NCBI GenBank assembly: GCA_038087875.1
Contig: JAXLNO010000129.1
Location: forward strand, 52,383 to 72,382
Direction: 5' to 3'
Length of the DNA: 20,000 bases
Source of the DNA: Malacoraja senta
Lineage: Eukaryota
This document shows, piece by piece, positions 1-10,345 of this stretch (position 1 is its first letter; each line of letters opens with the position of its first letter). The position numbers and the translations under genes are program-made. The notes below the pieces were generated by a model. That model saw only the letters and a program-made list of their open reading frames with translations, was not told the DNA's origin and did not search any database.

Positions 1-287
1 CCTCAACTCCATCCTATCCCCCCCCCCCCTGGTCCAATCCTTCCCTACCTATGTCCAAGGCACCATTCACACCCTTCGTCTATTCAATTACTTCAGTTTT
101 CCAGGCCCCACTCCCTTATCTTGTTCTATGGATGTTCAGTCATTCTATACCTCCATCCCACACCAGGAACATCATAACGCCCTCTGTTTGTTCCTCGACC
201 ACAGAACCAGCCAATTCCCCTCTACCAACACTCTCCTCCACCTAGCAAAGCTTGTCACTTATTCTTAACAATTTCTCCTTCGAATCC
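1..287 (+). pseudogene. Penelope-like element (PLE) reverse transcriptase fragment, frameshifted
   Basis: Manual translation across frameshifts gives LVQSFPTYVQGTIHTLRLFNYFSFPGPHSLI / MDVQSFYTSIPHQEHHNALCLFLDHRTSQFPSTNTLLHLAKLV / LNNFSFES. This matches the PLE RT signature D-V-x-S-L-Y-T-x-I-P followed by L..NNF.F. The ORF track does not show this frame. Confidence 0.8.
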
Positions 288-400
288 AGTCTGAAGAAGG
301 GTCTCGACCCGAAATATCCAGAGATGCTGCCTGTCCCCGCTGAGTTACTCCAGCATTTTGTGTTTATCTTTGGTTTAAACCAGCATCTGCAGTTCCTTCC
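288..400 (+). mobile_element. Short PLE-associated repeat with degenerate hammerhead core
   Basis: CTGAAGAAGGGTCTCGACCCGAAA at 291-314, then GAGATGCTGCCTGTCCC..GCTGAGTTACTCCAGCATTTTGTG..AAACCAGCATCTGCAGTTCCTTCC, shared with many other copies in the window. Directly abuts the PLE RT fragment. Confidence 0.8.
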
Positions 401-407
401 GAAAATA

Positions 408-990
408 TAGAAGTTGGAACGTTATGTTATAGTTGTACAAGGTGTTGGTGAGGCTGCACATAGAGTATTGTGTTCAATTTTGGTTACCCTGCTGCAGGAA
501 GGATTTTATTAAGCTGGATAGAGTGCAGAGAAGATTTATAAAGATCTTGCCAGGACTTGAGGGCTTGAGCTACAGGAAGAGGTTGGGCAGGCTAGGACTT
601 TATTACCTGGAGCGCAAGAGGCTGAAGGGTGATCTGAGAGAGGTGTACCTAATTAAGAGGGGAATCAATAAGGTAAATTCACAGAGCCTTTTACAGAGTA
701 GGGAATCAAGAACCAGAGAACATAGGTTTAAGGCGAGAGGAGAAAGATTTAATAGGAACCTGAGGGGCAACATTTTCATACAAAGGGTTGTGGGTCTATG
801 GAATGAGCTGCCTGGGAAGATAGTTGAGGCAGATACTATAAAAATCATTTGGACAGGTACATGGGTAGGAAAGGTTTCGAGGGATATGGGTCAAATGCAG
901 GCAGGTGGAACTGGTGTGGATGGGACATGTTGGTCGGTGTGGGCATTGGGCCAAAGGGCCTGAATTCTGTGCTGTATGACTCCATGACTC
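408..990 (+). mobile_element. CR1-clade (HER1-like) LINE 3' fragment
   Basis: ORF 433-963 contains LYKVLVRLHIEYCVQFW..LGLYYLERKRLKGDL..RVVGLWNELP (CR1 ORF2 C-terminus). Ends in GGGCC..GGGCC..GTGCTGTATGACTCCATGACTCT 3' tail. Confidence 0.9.
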
Positions 991-1048
991 TCTGACCCAT
1001 AACAATTCAAGGGCAATTAGGGATGGATATGAAATACTTTCATTTATC

Positions 1049-2076
1049 ACAATGGCAGGCAGTGACTAGTGGGGTACCGCAAGGCTCAGTGCTGGGACTC
1101 CAGCTATTTACAATTTATATTAATGATCTGGACGAGGGAATTGAAGGCAACATCTCCAAGTTTGCGGATGACACTAAGCTGGGGGGCAGTGTTAGCTGTG
1201 AGGAGGATGCTAGGAGACTGCAAGGTGACTTGGATAGGCTGGGTGAGTGGGCAAATGTTTGGCAGATGCAGTATAATGTGGATAAATGTGAGGTTATCCA
1301 CCTTGGTGGCAAAAACAGGAAAGCAGACTATTATCTAAATGGTGGCCGATTAGGAAAAGGGGAGATGCAGCGAGACCTGGGTGTCATGGTACACCAGTCA
1401 TTGAAAGTAGGCATGCAGGTGCAGCAGGCAGTGAAGAAAGTGAATGGTATGTTAGCTTTCACAGCAAAAGGATTTGAGTATAGGAGCAGGGAGGTTCTAC
1501 TGCAGTTGTACAGGGTCTTGGTGAGACCACACCTGGAGTATTGCGTACAGTTTTGGTCTCCAAATCTGAGGAAGGACATTGTAGCCATAGAGGGAGTGCA
1601 GAGAAGGTTCACCAGACTGATTCCTGGGATGTCAGGACTTTCATATGAAGAAAGACTGGATAGACTTGGCTTATACTCGCTAGAATTTAGGAGATTGAGA
1701 GGGGATCTTATAGAAACGCACAAAATTCTTATGGGGTTGGACAGGCTAGATGCAGGAAGATTGTTCCCGATGTTGGGGAAGTCCAGGACAAGGGGTCACA
1801 GCTTAAGGATAAGGGGGAAATCCTTTAAGACCGAGATGAGTGGTGAATCTCTGGAACTCTCTGCCACAGAGGGTAGTTGAGGCCAGTTCATTGGCTATAT
1901 TTAAGAGGGAGTTAGATGTGGCCCTTGTGGCTAAAGGAATCAGGGGGTATGGAGAGAAGGCAGGTACGAGATACTGAGTTGGACGATCAGCCATGATCAT
2001 ATTGAATGGCGGTGCAGGCTCGAAGGGCCGAATGGCCTACTCCTGCACCTATTTTCTATGTATCTATGTATCTATG
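1049..2076 (+). mobile_element. 5'-truncated CR1 LINE (RT C-terminal half, 3' UTR, (CTATGTAT)n tail)
   Basis: ORF 1023-1880 has SGVPQGSVLG, ISKFADDTKL and LVRPHLEYCVQFW motifs. A deletion near 1838 shifts the frame. 3' UTR ATCAGCCATGATCATATTGAATGGCGG..GGGCCGAATGGCCTACTCCTG is followed by an 8-mer tail. Confidence 0.95.
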
Positions 2077-2110
2077 TGTGATGCCCACATGCCTAGAGTC
2101 TTAGAGTCTT

Positions 2111-2783
2111 AAGTAAGTAAGTTTATTGGCCAAGTATTCACAAACAAGGAATTTTCCCTGGTGCTCCGCCCACAAGTAACAACATGACATACAGTGACAG
2201 TTACGAATGACTCAGAAAACACTAAATATTAATAATAATAAAACATTAATGCTAAAAGACCATTGATCAAGCATGTGAACCAACAAAATACCAGATCAAA
2301 GGGAGGCTACAGATTTTTGACTGTTGAGTAGAGCAACTACTCGTGGATAAATACTGTTTTTATGTCTGGCTGTGGCAGTTTTGACAGTCCGGAGTCGCCT
2401 TCCAGAGGGAAGTGATTCAAAGAGTTTGTGGCCAGGGTGAGAGGGGTCAGAGATGATCTTGCCCACTCGCTTCCTGGCCCTTGCAGTGTACATTTCATCA
2501 ATGGAGGGAAGGTTGCAGCCAATAACCTTCTCTGCTGATCGGACGATTCGCTGCGGCCTCCAGGTGTCGTGCGTGGTGGCTGAGCCAAACCAGACCATGA
2601 TGGAGAAGGTGAGAACAGACTCTACGATGGCCGTGTAGAATTGGACCATCATTGCCTGTGGCAGATTGTGCTTCCTCAGCTGCCGTAGGAAGTACATCCT
2701 CTGTTGTGCTTTTTTGACTGTGGAGTCGATGGTCGCCCCCCATTTAAGGTCCTTGGAGATGATGGTTCCCTTGAACTTAAAAG
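2111..2783 (-). mobile_element. Rex1/Babar-like LINE 3' fragment with (ACTT)n tail
   Basis: Minus-strand translation SFKFKGTIISKDLKW..KKAQQRMYFLRQLRK..FYTAIVESVLTFSIMVWFG..DPSHPGHKLFESLPSGRRLR..ARHKNSIYP is typical of the Rex1 ORF C-terminus. Ends AATAAA-CTTACTTACTT. Confidence 0.85.
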
Positions 2784-2937
2784 ATCTGGATCTAGACTCT
2801 CCCACCAGTGGAAACATCATTTCCACATCCACTCTAACTATGCCTTTCATTATTCTGTAAGTTTCAATGAGGTCCCCCCTCAACCTTCTAAACTCCAGTG
2901 AGTAGAGGCCCAGTGCTGTCAAACGCTCATCATATGT
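2784..2937 (-). mobile_element. CR1 ORF2 internal fragment
   Basis: TYDERLTALGLYSLEFRRLRGDLIETYRIMKG..MFPLVGESR, homologous to the CR1 copy at ~1640-1790. Confidence 0.85.
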
Positions 2938-2999
2938 ATTTGGCCCATATCCCTCCAAACCTTTCCTATCGATGTATCTGTCCAAATGTTTTTTAAATG
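2938..2999 (-). mobile_element. HER1-like CR1 3'-end fragment
   Basis: FKKHLDRYIDRKGLEGYGPN, matching the copies at ~8280-8340 and ~17750-17810. Confidence 0.75.
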
Positions 3000-3359
3000 A
3001 ATGAATCTCAAAATTAAAAATGGCTGCTCCTGATACTTTTGTTTTTGGCCTTTGCATTTATTTTTAATTGCTTTACAACTTATGCTTCCAGACCCTCTTT
3101 GTTCCACTTTTCCATTTTGATTCTACAGGGAGAGAAGAAGATTGGCTGCTGGTCATGTGTCTCCCACACCCTTGGTCCATTGAAGATGATGCCACTAAAT
3201 GTACAAAGCTGAGCCCATTAGCTGAGTCAAATATTTAGAGTGAAACAAAGCCAAATTCCTCCCCCTTATGTTACAAATAATATGTGACCTCCATATTTTA
3301 CTTATTAAAATATTTGTATTAAATAATTCAGTGTTTGGATTCAAAACCACAACTTCTAA

Positions 3360-4151
3360 AGCCCCTGTCCCACTTAGGAGACCGAAACAGCAACCTCTGG
3401 TGACCTTGCCCGCCACCCAAAAAAAAATCAAGGTCGAAGTGACCTGCAACCTCCTACCACCTCCCATGCATATGTTGAAAACCTTCCTCGACTCTGAAGA
3501 AAACCGGCTTTGACTAGACCTGCGACTAAAAAATTATCGATTTGTAAAACGGCAACCTATTTTTTGTCGAGGCCCCTTTTAAACATGATGAAAAAATAGC
3601 AGCAACCAAGATGAAGTCTCGACCACACGGAAACCACTTTCGACCATTAGGGAGAGTGCCCAAAACTTCCGGTGACCTCATGGAAACCTTGGGTGGCGTG
3701 CAAGGTCACCAGAGGTGGTACAAATATTGACCTTTGGAAAGCCCCAGTCTTCTCCATCTGACATCCTGTCCCACTTAGAAGACCTAAACAGCAACCTCTG
3801 GTGACCTTGCCCGCCATCCAAGGTTTCCATGAGGTCACCGGAGGTTTTGGTCACTCTCCCTAATGGTCGAAAGTGATTTCCGTGTGGTCGAGGCTTCATC
3901 CAGGTTGCTGCTACTTTTTCATCATGATTAAAACCGGCCTCGATTAAAAATAGGTTGCCGTTTTAAAAATCGATAATTGTTTTGTTGCAGGTCTAGTTGA
4001 AGCCAGTTGCGATGCTAATCGAGGAAGGTTTTCAACATATGCGTGGGAAGTGGTAGGAGGTTGCAGGTCACCTCGACCTTGATTTTTTTTTTGGGTGGTG
4101 GGCAAGGTCACCAGAGGTTGCTGTTTAGGTCTCCTAAGTGGGACAGGGGCT
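3360..4151. mobile_element. Non-autonomous DNA transposon (MITE) arranged as a ~790-bp palindrome of two inverted units
   Basis: Starts AGCCCCTGTCCCACTTAGGAGACC and ends GGTCTCCTAAGTGGGACAGGGGCT. 3360-3716 is the reverse complement of ~3795-4151. Flanks are TAA and TTA, or a TA/TA duplication if the ends are taken as 3359-4152. No coding capacity. Confidence 0.9.
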
Positions 4152-4267
4152 TTATTTACTCCCTCAGTTTTGACTGCACATTTGTGTTTTCAAATCACCT
4201 TTAATCTATTGTAGGTTCTTCAAAGCATTTTGTAAATCTAGATAAATTACATCTACCATGTTACCCT

Positions 4268-4480
4268 GAAGATAGAAACAAAATGCTGGAGTAAGTCAGT
4301 GGGTCAAGCAGCATCTCTGGAGAAAAGGAATAGGTGACATTTTGGGTGGAGACCTGAGGGTCGAGAAGAAGGGTTTCGACCCGAAACGTCACCCACTCCT
4401 TTTCTCTAGAGATGCTGCCTTACTTGTTGAGTTGCGCCAGCATTTTGTGTTTATCTTCAGTGTAAACCAGCATCTGCAGT
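4268..4480. mobile_element. Inverted (head-to-head) dimer of the short PLE-associated repeat
   Basis: Minus arm 4268-4354 and plus arm ~4365-4480, the latter with GAAGAAGGGTTTCGACCCGAAACGTC. Confidence 0.85.
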
Positions 4481-4485
4481 GATAG

Positions 4486-4795
4486 AAGTGTGAAAACACA
4501 CACCACCAGATTCGGGGACAGTTTCTTCCCAGCTGTTATCAGGCAACTGAATCATCCTACCACAACCAAAGAGCAGTGCTGAACTACTATCTACTTCTTT
4601 GATGACCCTCGGACTAGCTTTGATCAGACTTGCTGGCTTTAACTTGCACTAAACGTTATTCGCTTATCATGTATCTATACACTGTAAATGGCTCGATTGT
4701 AACATGCATTGTCTTTCTGCTGACTGGTTAGCAGACAACACTTTTCACTGTAGCTCGGTACCAGTGACAGTAAACTAAACTGAACTAAACTGAAC
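4486..4795 (+). mobile_element. Rex1-like LINE 3' end (second family), (AAACT)n tail
   Basis: Encodes KTHTTRFGDSFFPAVIRQLN, followed by a 3' UTR ending TTTTCACTGTAGCTCGGTACCAGTGACAGTAAACTAAACTGAAC. Confidence 0.75.
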
Positions 4796-4919
4796 AGGGA
4801 AAGGAAAAATGTAGAGGGACATAGGCCAAACGCAAGCAAATGAGACGAGGTTAGATGGGACATCTTGGTCGGCATTGACAAGTTGGGCCAGTTTCCGTGC
4901 TGTCTGACTTTAGGACTCT
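4796..4919 (+). mobile_element. HER1-like CR1 3' tail fragment
   Basis: GAGGGACATAGGCCAAACGCAAGCAAATG..CTTGGTCGGCA..AAGTTGGGCC..TTTCCGTGCTGT, homologous to ~870-990. Confidence 0.7.
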
Positions 4920-5101
4920 TGGAGGCTGATTTATTTTATAATTATCTTTAATTAAATAACAATGTAATATCTAATCGCATCCTTTAATGCCATAGGTGTC
5001 TGATCATACCAATAATTAGATGAAGAGTCAATTAAGGCGAATAAATTTTGGTGCTCAAATTGAAGGGAAAGCTGACTACCACAGCCTGTCTGGTTACCAC
5101 C

Positions 5102-5180
5102 TGCTGCCTGTCCCCATTGAGTTACTCCAGCATTTTGTGCCTATCTTTGGTGTAAACCAGCATCTGCAGTTCCTTCCCAC
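5102..5180 (+). mobile_element. Truncated short PLE-associated repeat
   Basis: TGCTGCCTGTCCC..GAGTTACTCCAGCATTTTGTG..AAACCAGCATCTGCAGTTCCTTCC. Possible 8-bp TSD ACCACCTG at 5096-5103 and 5182-5189. Confidence 0.8.
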
Positions 5181-5218
5181 CACCACCTGATCCATGCACA
5201 TGCATCTGTCGCATGCTC

Positions 5219-5345
5219 AAGTTCACACGTTATAGGAGAAGAATTAGGCCATTCGGCCCATCAAGTCTACTCCGCCATTCAATCATGGATGATCTCTGCC
5301 TCCTAATCCCATTTTCATGCCTTCTCCCCATAACCCTGGACACCC
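5219..5345 (-). mobile_element. CR1 3' UTR fragment
   Basis: GAATTAGGCCATTCGGCCCATC..CCGCCATTCAATCATGG..CCTTCTCCCCATAACCC is the reverse complement of the CR1 3' end. Confidence 0.8.
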
Positions 5346-6127
5346 ATGCTGTCACACACAGTCACATAGACACAGCTCCTTTGATCAAAGTGAAGTAAAG
5401 CAGGTTGATGGATACATATTTGCTTTTGGATGGATACAAAATTAATCTCAGCAATATTTTTTGGGATCAACCTGGATTATACCAGCATTTCACTGAGTTC
5501 CAGGAAATATTTAATTCATTTAAAAAAAAAGCCTTTTGAAGTGCAACCAAACCTTCAAAGTTCCATAGAAGTGTGTATTTGTCAAATGGATGAAAGACGT
5601 TGCTGGAGAGATACCAACCTTGTCCGTCACACATCGGCGTTTGCCCCGCCCGCTAAGCAACACTTATCCCGAGTTCTTCTGGTTTATTTTGTTACAAATT
5701 GACCAAATCGTTAGTCACTTCCTCGTTGCAGGAAGGCCAAGACGTTCCAATGTTCTATGAGCAATCCTAAATCAAAATTAATGTTCGCACAAAAATAAAT
5801 CTCAACCTTATTTGCTTTGTCGGGAAAGAGCTGGGAATGTCAAGGATACAGCGCAGATGGAGCTTTTGTTGGATCTGTATGTCGAAATTTACGCCAAGTC
5901 ATTTTAAACGTATTAGAACAATTATCTTTACATTGGCTTGTGCTCCCCAACCCACATTGTGCAAGCAGGGAATCATTCCATCTCTATCAGAAGCCAGATT
6001 CACTTGTCACTTCAAGTACTATTTAGTACCACAAGTATTTCTGCTGACAGCAGGCTCTTGGAGAAGTAAAGAGCTAATTGAAGATATCCTCGGAGAACAT
6101 TTCTTTCGGAGCAGCTGATGTAACTTT

Positions 6128-6262
6128 GGGTGCCAGGGGTTATGGGGAGAAGAGCGGGAGAATGGGGTTGAGAGGGAAAGATAGATCAGCCATGATTGAA
6201 TGGCAGAGTAGATCTGATGGGCCGAATGGGCCTAATTCTGCTCCTATCACTTATGAACATAA
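6128..6262 (+). mobile_element. CR1 3' UTR fragment
   Basis: GGGGTTATGGGGAGAAG..AGATCAGCCATGATTGAATGGC..GGGCCGAATGGGCCTAATTCTGCTCCTAT. Confidence 0.8.
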
Positions 6263-6389
6263 CATTTTAGCATTTACATCTTATAATCACCCACTCGTGC
6301 TGCATAATGTGCAATTAATCAATGAGATTAATTGATTGAAACTTCTCTTTTGTCTCGACCTTACACAATCGGTAAAGACACAATAAATC

Positions 6390-6495
6390 AAGAAATCTGC
6401 AGATGCTCGAATTCTGAAATAGGAACAACATTGCTGGAAAGACTCTGGAGGTCAGGGAATATTGGCGGAAGCAGAGCTAATGTTTCAGATCTTTC
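6390..6495 (-). mobile_element. Old, diverged relative of the short PLE-associated repeat
   Basis: TCTGCAGATGCT..TTGCTGGAAAGACTC..GGTCAGG..AATGTTTCAG is loosely collinear with the younger copies. Confidence 0.45.
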
Positions 6496-6725
6496 TGGAC
6501 CTTAATTTTTGTGTCAACATTCATTGTGATTTAGGATTGCTTACAGAATATTAGAATGCTTTGGCTTGAAATATTAAATATGTTCCTCTTTCCTCGTTTG
6601 CTGCCCTGACTTGCAATGTACAATCATGGGCCCCCTTTTATTTTCTAAGTACGAACGACATTTGGCAGCTCTTCAGTCATTGGAAAACTGCAATTTCCTG
6701 ATGATTCCCAAAAGCAAATCTATAA

Positions 6726-6851
6726 ATGTCAAATCCCAAAATATCACCCATTCCTTCTCTCCACAGATGCTGCCTGTCCCGCTGAGTTACTCCAGCATTT
6801 TGTGTCTATCTTCGGTGTAAACCAGCATCTGCAGTTCCTTCCTGCACATAC
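6726..6851 (+). mobile_element. Short PLE-associated repeat with 13-bp TSD
   Basis: Body matches the other copies. AGCAAATCTATAA is duplicated at 6713-6725 and 6852-6864. Confidence 0.88.
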
Positions 6852-7018
6852 AGCAAATCTATAATGATACATACAATTATAACAAGGTCTTGACACCTAA
6901 TGGCTGGCTCTTTCAAAGGGCTTAATTCTATGTTGTGAAATTCTATGAACTTCATCAAAGCAGGAACTTTTGCACACCATTGTAAAGAATCCTACACTGT
7001 GGAGTGATATTCTCCATG

Positions 7019-7740
7019 TTTAGGTTTAACTTTATTATTATCACGTGTGCCGAGGTACAGTGACAAGCTTTGTGTAGCATGCTATCCAATCAGATCAGAT
7101 AATACTACACATAACTATAAGCAAGTCAAACACAGGTACAATAGGGAGAGTAAAAGGGAAGATACAGCGTGCATTATATAGTTCTCAGTATTGTAGCCCA
7201 TCAGTTCCACAGACAAAGTCCAATTGTCTCAATGGGATAGAGGTGAATTCTACCTAGCTTATGGAAGGACTGTTCAGAAGCTCGAAAACAGAAGGGAAGA
7301 AGCTGTTCCTGAGTCTGGTAGTGCACCCTTTCAGGCTTCTGTAACTTCTGCTTGACAGGAGAGGGGAGAAGAAGAATGATTGAGGAAGGACAGGTCTTTG
7401 ATTATGTTGTGTATGAAGGAACTGCAGATGCTGGTTTCCACCAAAGATAGAAACAAAATGCTGGAGTAGCTCAGCAGGACAGGCAGCATCTCTGGAGAGA
7501 AGGAATGGGTGACATTTTTGGTTGATACCCTTCTTCGGACTGTTTTGTGTTGGCTGGTTTACCGAGGCATCATGAAATGTAGATGGGGTGGGGAGTTTGG
7601 TTTATGTGGTGCACTGGGTTACATCCACAACTCTCTACAATTTCTTTCAGTCTTAGTCCAATCTTCTCCCAAACAGCTGTGATGCAACCCAACTGTATGC
7701 TTTCCATGATGCATTTGTAGATGTTAGTAAGAACCATTAG
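7019..7740 (-). mobile_element. Rex1-like LINE 3' part, interrupted by a PLE repeat
   Basis: Begins with the reverse tail TTTATTATTATCACGTGTGCCGAGGTACAGTGA. Homologous to 11100-12083 and 19006-19237. Confidence 0.7.
7409..7541 (-). mobile_element. Short PLE-associated repeat nested in a Rex1-like LINE
   Basis: GAAGGAACTGCAGATGCTGG..CAAAATGCTGGAGTAGCTCAGCAGGACAGGCAGCATCTCTGGAGAGAAGGAATGGGTGAC..CCCTTCTTCGGACT. Confidence 0.85.
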
Positions 7741-8180
7741 AGTCACGTGAGCCTTGACTCTGAGAATAGACGAATATTCTCGCGTATTCGTTTTTATTTA
7801 AATTAATTTTCTTCTAAGATTGACCAGAATACATATTATATTCTATAATTGTGCATGAACCCCACTTGCCCAACTCCATCAGAACTACTCTACAACAAAT
7901 CTCCAATTTATTGAGATGAACAGGGAGATCTTCTGTTTGCTCAATGAAGAAGCAAAAAAGATGTTTTACCTAGATTTTAAAACATCTGGATATACTTTGT
8001 GAGCTTGTTTACTTGCCCATTGCAAGTAACTGGAAACAGATCAGTGCAGCAAGGAGATCCTGGAAATGCCTGTGTTTGGAGATGAGGTTCAGTGACAATG
8101 GTATTTTTGATCTTGGCAAATAACAATGTAATTGCTTTCACATCATTCCACACCATTTCACAGCTGTTGAAGGACTCTTT

Positions 8181-8537
8181 CACAGAGTCATAGTCATACA
8201 GCACGGAAACAGGCCCTTGAGCCCAACTTAGCCACACCAACCAACATGCCCCATCGGCACTAGTTTCACATGTCTGCGTTTGGCCCATATCCCTCTGAAC
8301 CTGTCCTATCCATGTACCTGTCTGAATATTTCTTAAATGTTCCAATAGTCCCTGCCTCAACTACCTCCTCCGGCAGCTCGTTCCATGCACCCACCACCCT
8401 TTGCGTGAAAAAGTAACCTTTCAAGTTCTTATTAAATCTTTCCCACCTCACCTTAAATCTTTGTCCTCTGGTTCTTGATTCCGCTACTCATGAGAAGAGA
8501 ACCTGTGCGTCTACCCGATCTGTTCCTCTCATGATTT
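8181..8537 (-). mobile_element. HER1-like CR1 3' fragment
   Basis: ORF 8266-8451 (FFTQRVVGAWNELPEEVVEAGTI..DRYMDR) plus the tail AGAGTCATAGTCATACAGCACGGAAACAGGCCC. Confidence 0.88.
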
Positions 8538-8791
8538 CCAATGTACTGTTACAATGTAGGAAGCACCGGAGGCAAATTACACAAAGTAAGCTCCCATAAA
8601 TAGCTGTGTAATGATGACTGTTTTAGTGATGTTGATTGCAGATTAGTTATTGACCAGGAAGCCTGGCCTCCCTACTCTACTTCAAATCTGGAATCGATGT
8701 AGTGTTCTGGCATCTTTTGCAAAGGTAGAACTTTAGTTCAAAACATTGGTAGAGAAAAGAATGGAGCTAGAGATCGGCCATCATCTTGATG

Positions 8792-8979
8792 AAACAAAAA
8801 GATGCAAAATGCTGGAGTAACACAGTGGGTCAGGCAACGTCTCTGGAGAACATGGATAGGTGACATTTTGGATCGGGACCTTTCTAAACTGTTCTCCAGA
8901 GATGTTGCCTGACCCGCTGAGTTGCTCCAGCACTTGATGTCATTTTTTGTGAACCAGCTTCTGCAGTTTCTTGTTTCTA
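8792..8979. mobile_element. Inverted dimer of a PLE-repeat subfamily with near-perfect 13-bp TSD
   Basis: Arms GGGTCAGGCAACGTCTCTGGAGAACA and TGTTCTCCAGAGATGTTGCCTGACCC. Flanks CATCATCTTGATG (8779-8791) and CATGATCTTGATG (8980-8992). Confidence 0.8.
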
Positions 8980-9160
8980 CATGATCTTGATGGATGCTGG
9001 AGCGGGTGTGAGGAGGCAGATGGAAACACCTGCTCTGAATTCCTGAGCTCTTGTGTTTCCTCATCAGTCTGCAAGACCATCGGGCTAGATTTGTCTGTTC
9101 AAGGTTCTGGAATGCAACTCAAACCTATAACTCTGCAACTACAATTTCTCTTCACCCCAT

Positions 9161-9435
9161 TTCCCCCCTCTGTTATCAGGCTACAGAATGGTCCTGCCAT
9201 AAGCTAGGGTACTGTCCTATTCACCTCTACCCCATTGTGTACATTGGACTTGGTCCCTGAAACTGATGCACTACAATGCTGAGAACTATATTCTGCTCTC
9301 GGCATCTTCCCCTTTGCTCTACCTATTGTACTTGATTGTATTTATGTATAGTATTATCTGATTTGATTGGATTGCATGCAAAACAAAGCTTTTCACTGTA
9401 ACTCAGTACATGTGACACTAATTAAACCAAACCTT
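9161..9435 (+). mobile_element. Rex1-like LINE 3' UTR
   Basis: CTGTTATCAGGCT..AAAGCTTTTCACTGTAACTCAGTACATGTGACA plus AAAC-rich tail. Confidence 0.7.
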
Positions 9436-9576
9436 AATCTGAGCAAAAATAAGCATTACCCATTGAACCGCAGCTCACAGTTTGAGCTACTTTGAATGTC
9501 CTCCTTACCAGGTCTTCCATATATAAATACTGTACTCTCTAATTGAAAAAACATTGCCTCCATTTTAAGATTAATT

Positions 9577-9793
9577 AGACTGAATGGCCTAATTCTACTC
9601 CTACCCCTTATGACCTTTCAAGAGAGAGCTAGATAGGGCTCTTAAATATAGTGGAGACAGGGGATATGGGGAGAAGGCAGGAACAGGGTACTGATTGGGG
9701 ATGAGCAGCCATGATCACATTGAATGGCGGTGCTGGCTCGAAGGGCCGAATGGCCTACTCCTGCACCTATTGTCTATTGTCTATTGTCTATTG
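9577..9793 (+). mobile_element. Two adjacent CR1 3' ends, the second with a (CTATTGT)n tail
   Basis: TGAATGGCCTAATTCTACTCCTA, then TTCAAGAGAGAGCTAGATAGGGCTCTT..GGGCCGAATGGCCTACTCCTGCACCTATTGTCTATTGTCTATTG. Confidence 0.8.
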
Positions 9794-10029
9794 ACCTTAA
9801 CACCGTAGAAACTATTAACAAGGCATAATTAGAATGGTGCTGCTCCCAGGAAAGACCGCTGGGTTTAATATCTTGCCATGAACATAGTTAGAAAAATATT
9901 CCCATCCTTCCTACTTCAAAGTACATGTTTGATTAACTGCCTCAGAAGATAAACAATTTGCCTGGGTTAGAAGAAGCTGCATTTCCATGCTATCAAATAT
10001 TATTATTTCTTTATACAAGATCAACCGAT

Positions 10030-10345
10030 CAGATGAGAAGAGGCCCTTCAGCCCAACCTGTCCATGGCCACAAAGCTGTCTAAACTGGGCTAGTCCCATT
10101 TGCCTACATTTGGCCCATATCCCTCTAAGCTGCAGATGCTGGTTTACAGAAAAGGACACAAAGTGCAGCAGAAACTCAGCGGATCAGGCCGTATCTCTGG
10201 AGGACATGATTAGATAATGTTTCGGGTCGGGACACTTCTTCAGAGTGACCAGTCACCTCTCCATGTTCTTTGTGTCCTTTTCCCTCCAAACCCTTCCTAT
10301 AGACATCTTTTCTAATTGTATCCACTTCTATAGCTTTTCCAGAAA
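10030..10345 (-). mobile_element. HER1-like CR1 3' end split by a PLE repeat
   Basis: AGGCCCTTCAGCCCAAC..TTTGGCCCATATCCCTCTAA, resuming at TCCCTCCAAACCCTTCCTAT (~10281). Confidence 0.65.
10129..10268 (-). mobile_element. Short PLE-associated repeat with hammerhead-like core and a short inverted arm
   Basis: Minus strand reads CTGAAGAAGTGTCCCGACCCGAAACATT. A short plus-strand arm GTCACCTCTCCATGTTCT follows. Confidence 0.75.

Noticed and set aside
1023..1880. 285-aa ORF as a functional RT or host gene
   Set aside because: It is the C-terminal half of a 5'-truncated CR1 ORF2. The ATG comes from flanking DNA and the end is frameshifted.
3095..3260. Strong splice-acceptor-like tract ending TTCTACAG (3128)
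   Set aside because: No good donor follows, all three frames stop within ~110 nt, and the peptides are unrecognisable.
3490..3510. CTGAAGA inside the MITE as a hammerhead
   Set aside because: No helix II followed by GAAA and a cleavage triplet. Chance heptamer.
5430..6118. Short ORFs in the repeat-free region
   Set aside because: 69-93 aa, overlapping frames, no recognisable domain or clear splice signals.
7920..8110. Possible ancient CR1 RT relic (MFYLDFK resembles VYLDFQK)
   Set aside because: Similarity is too short to call by eye.
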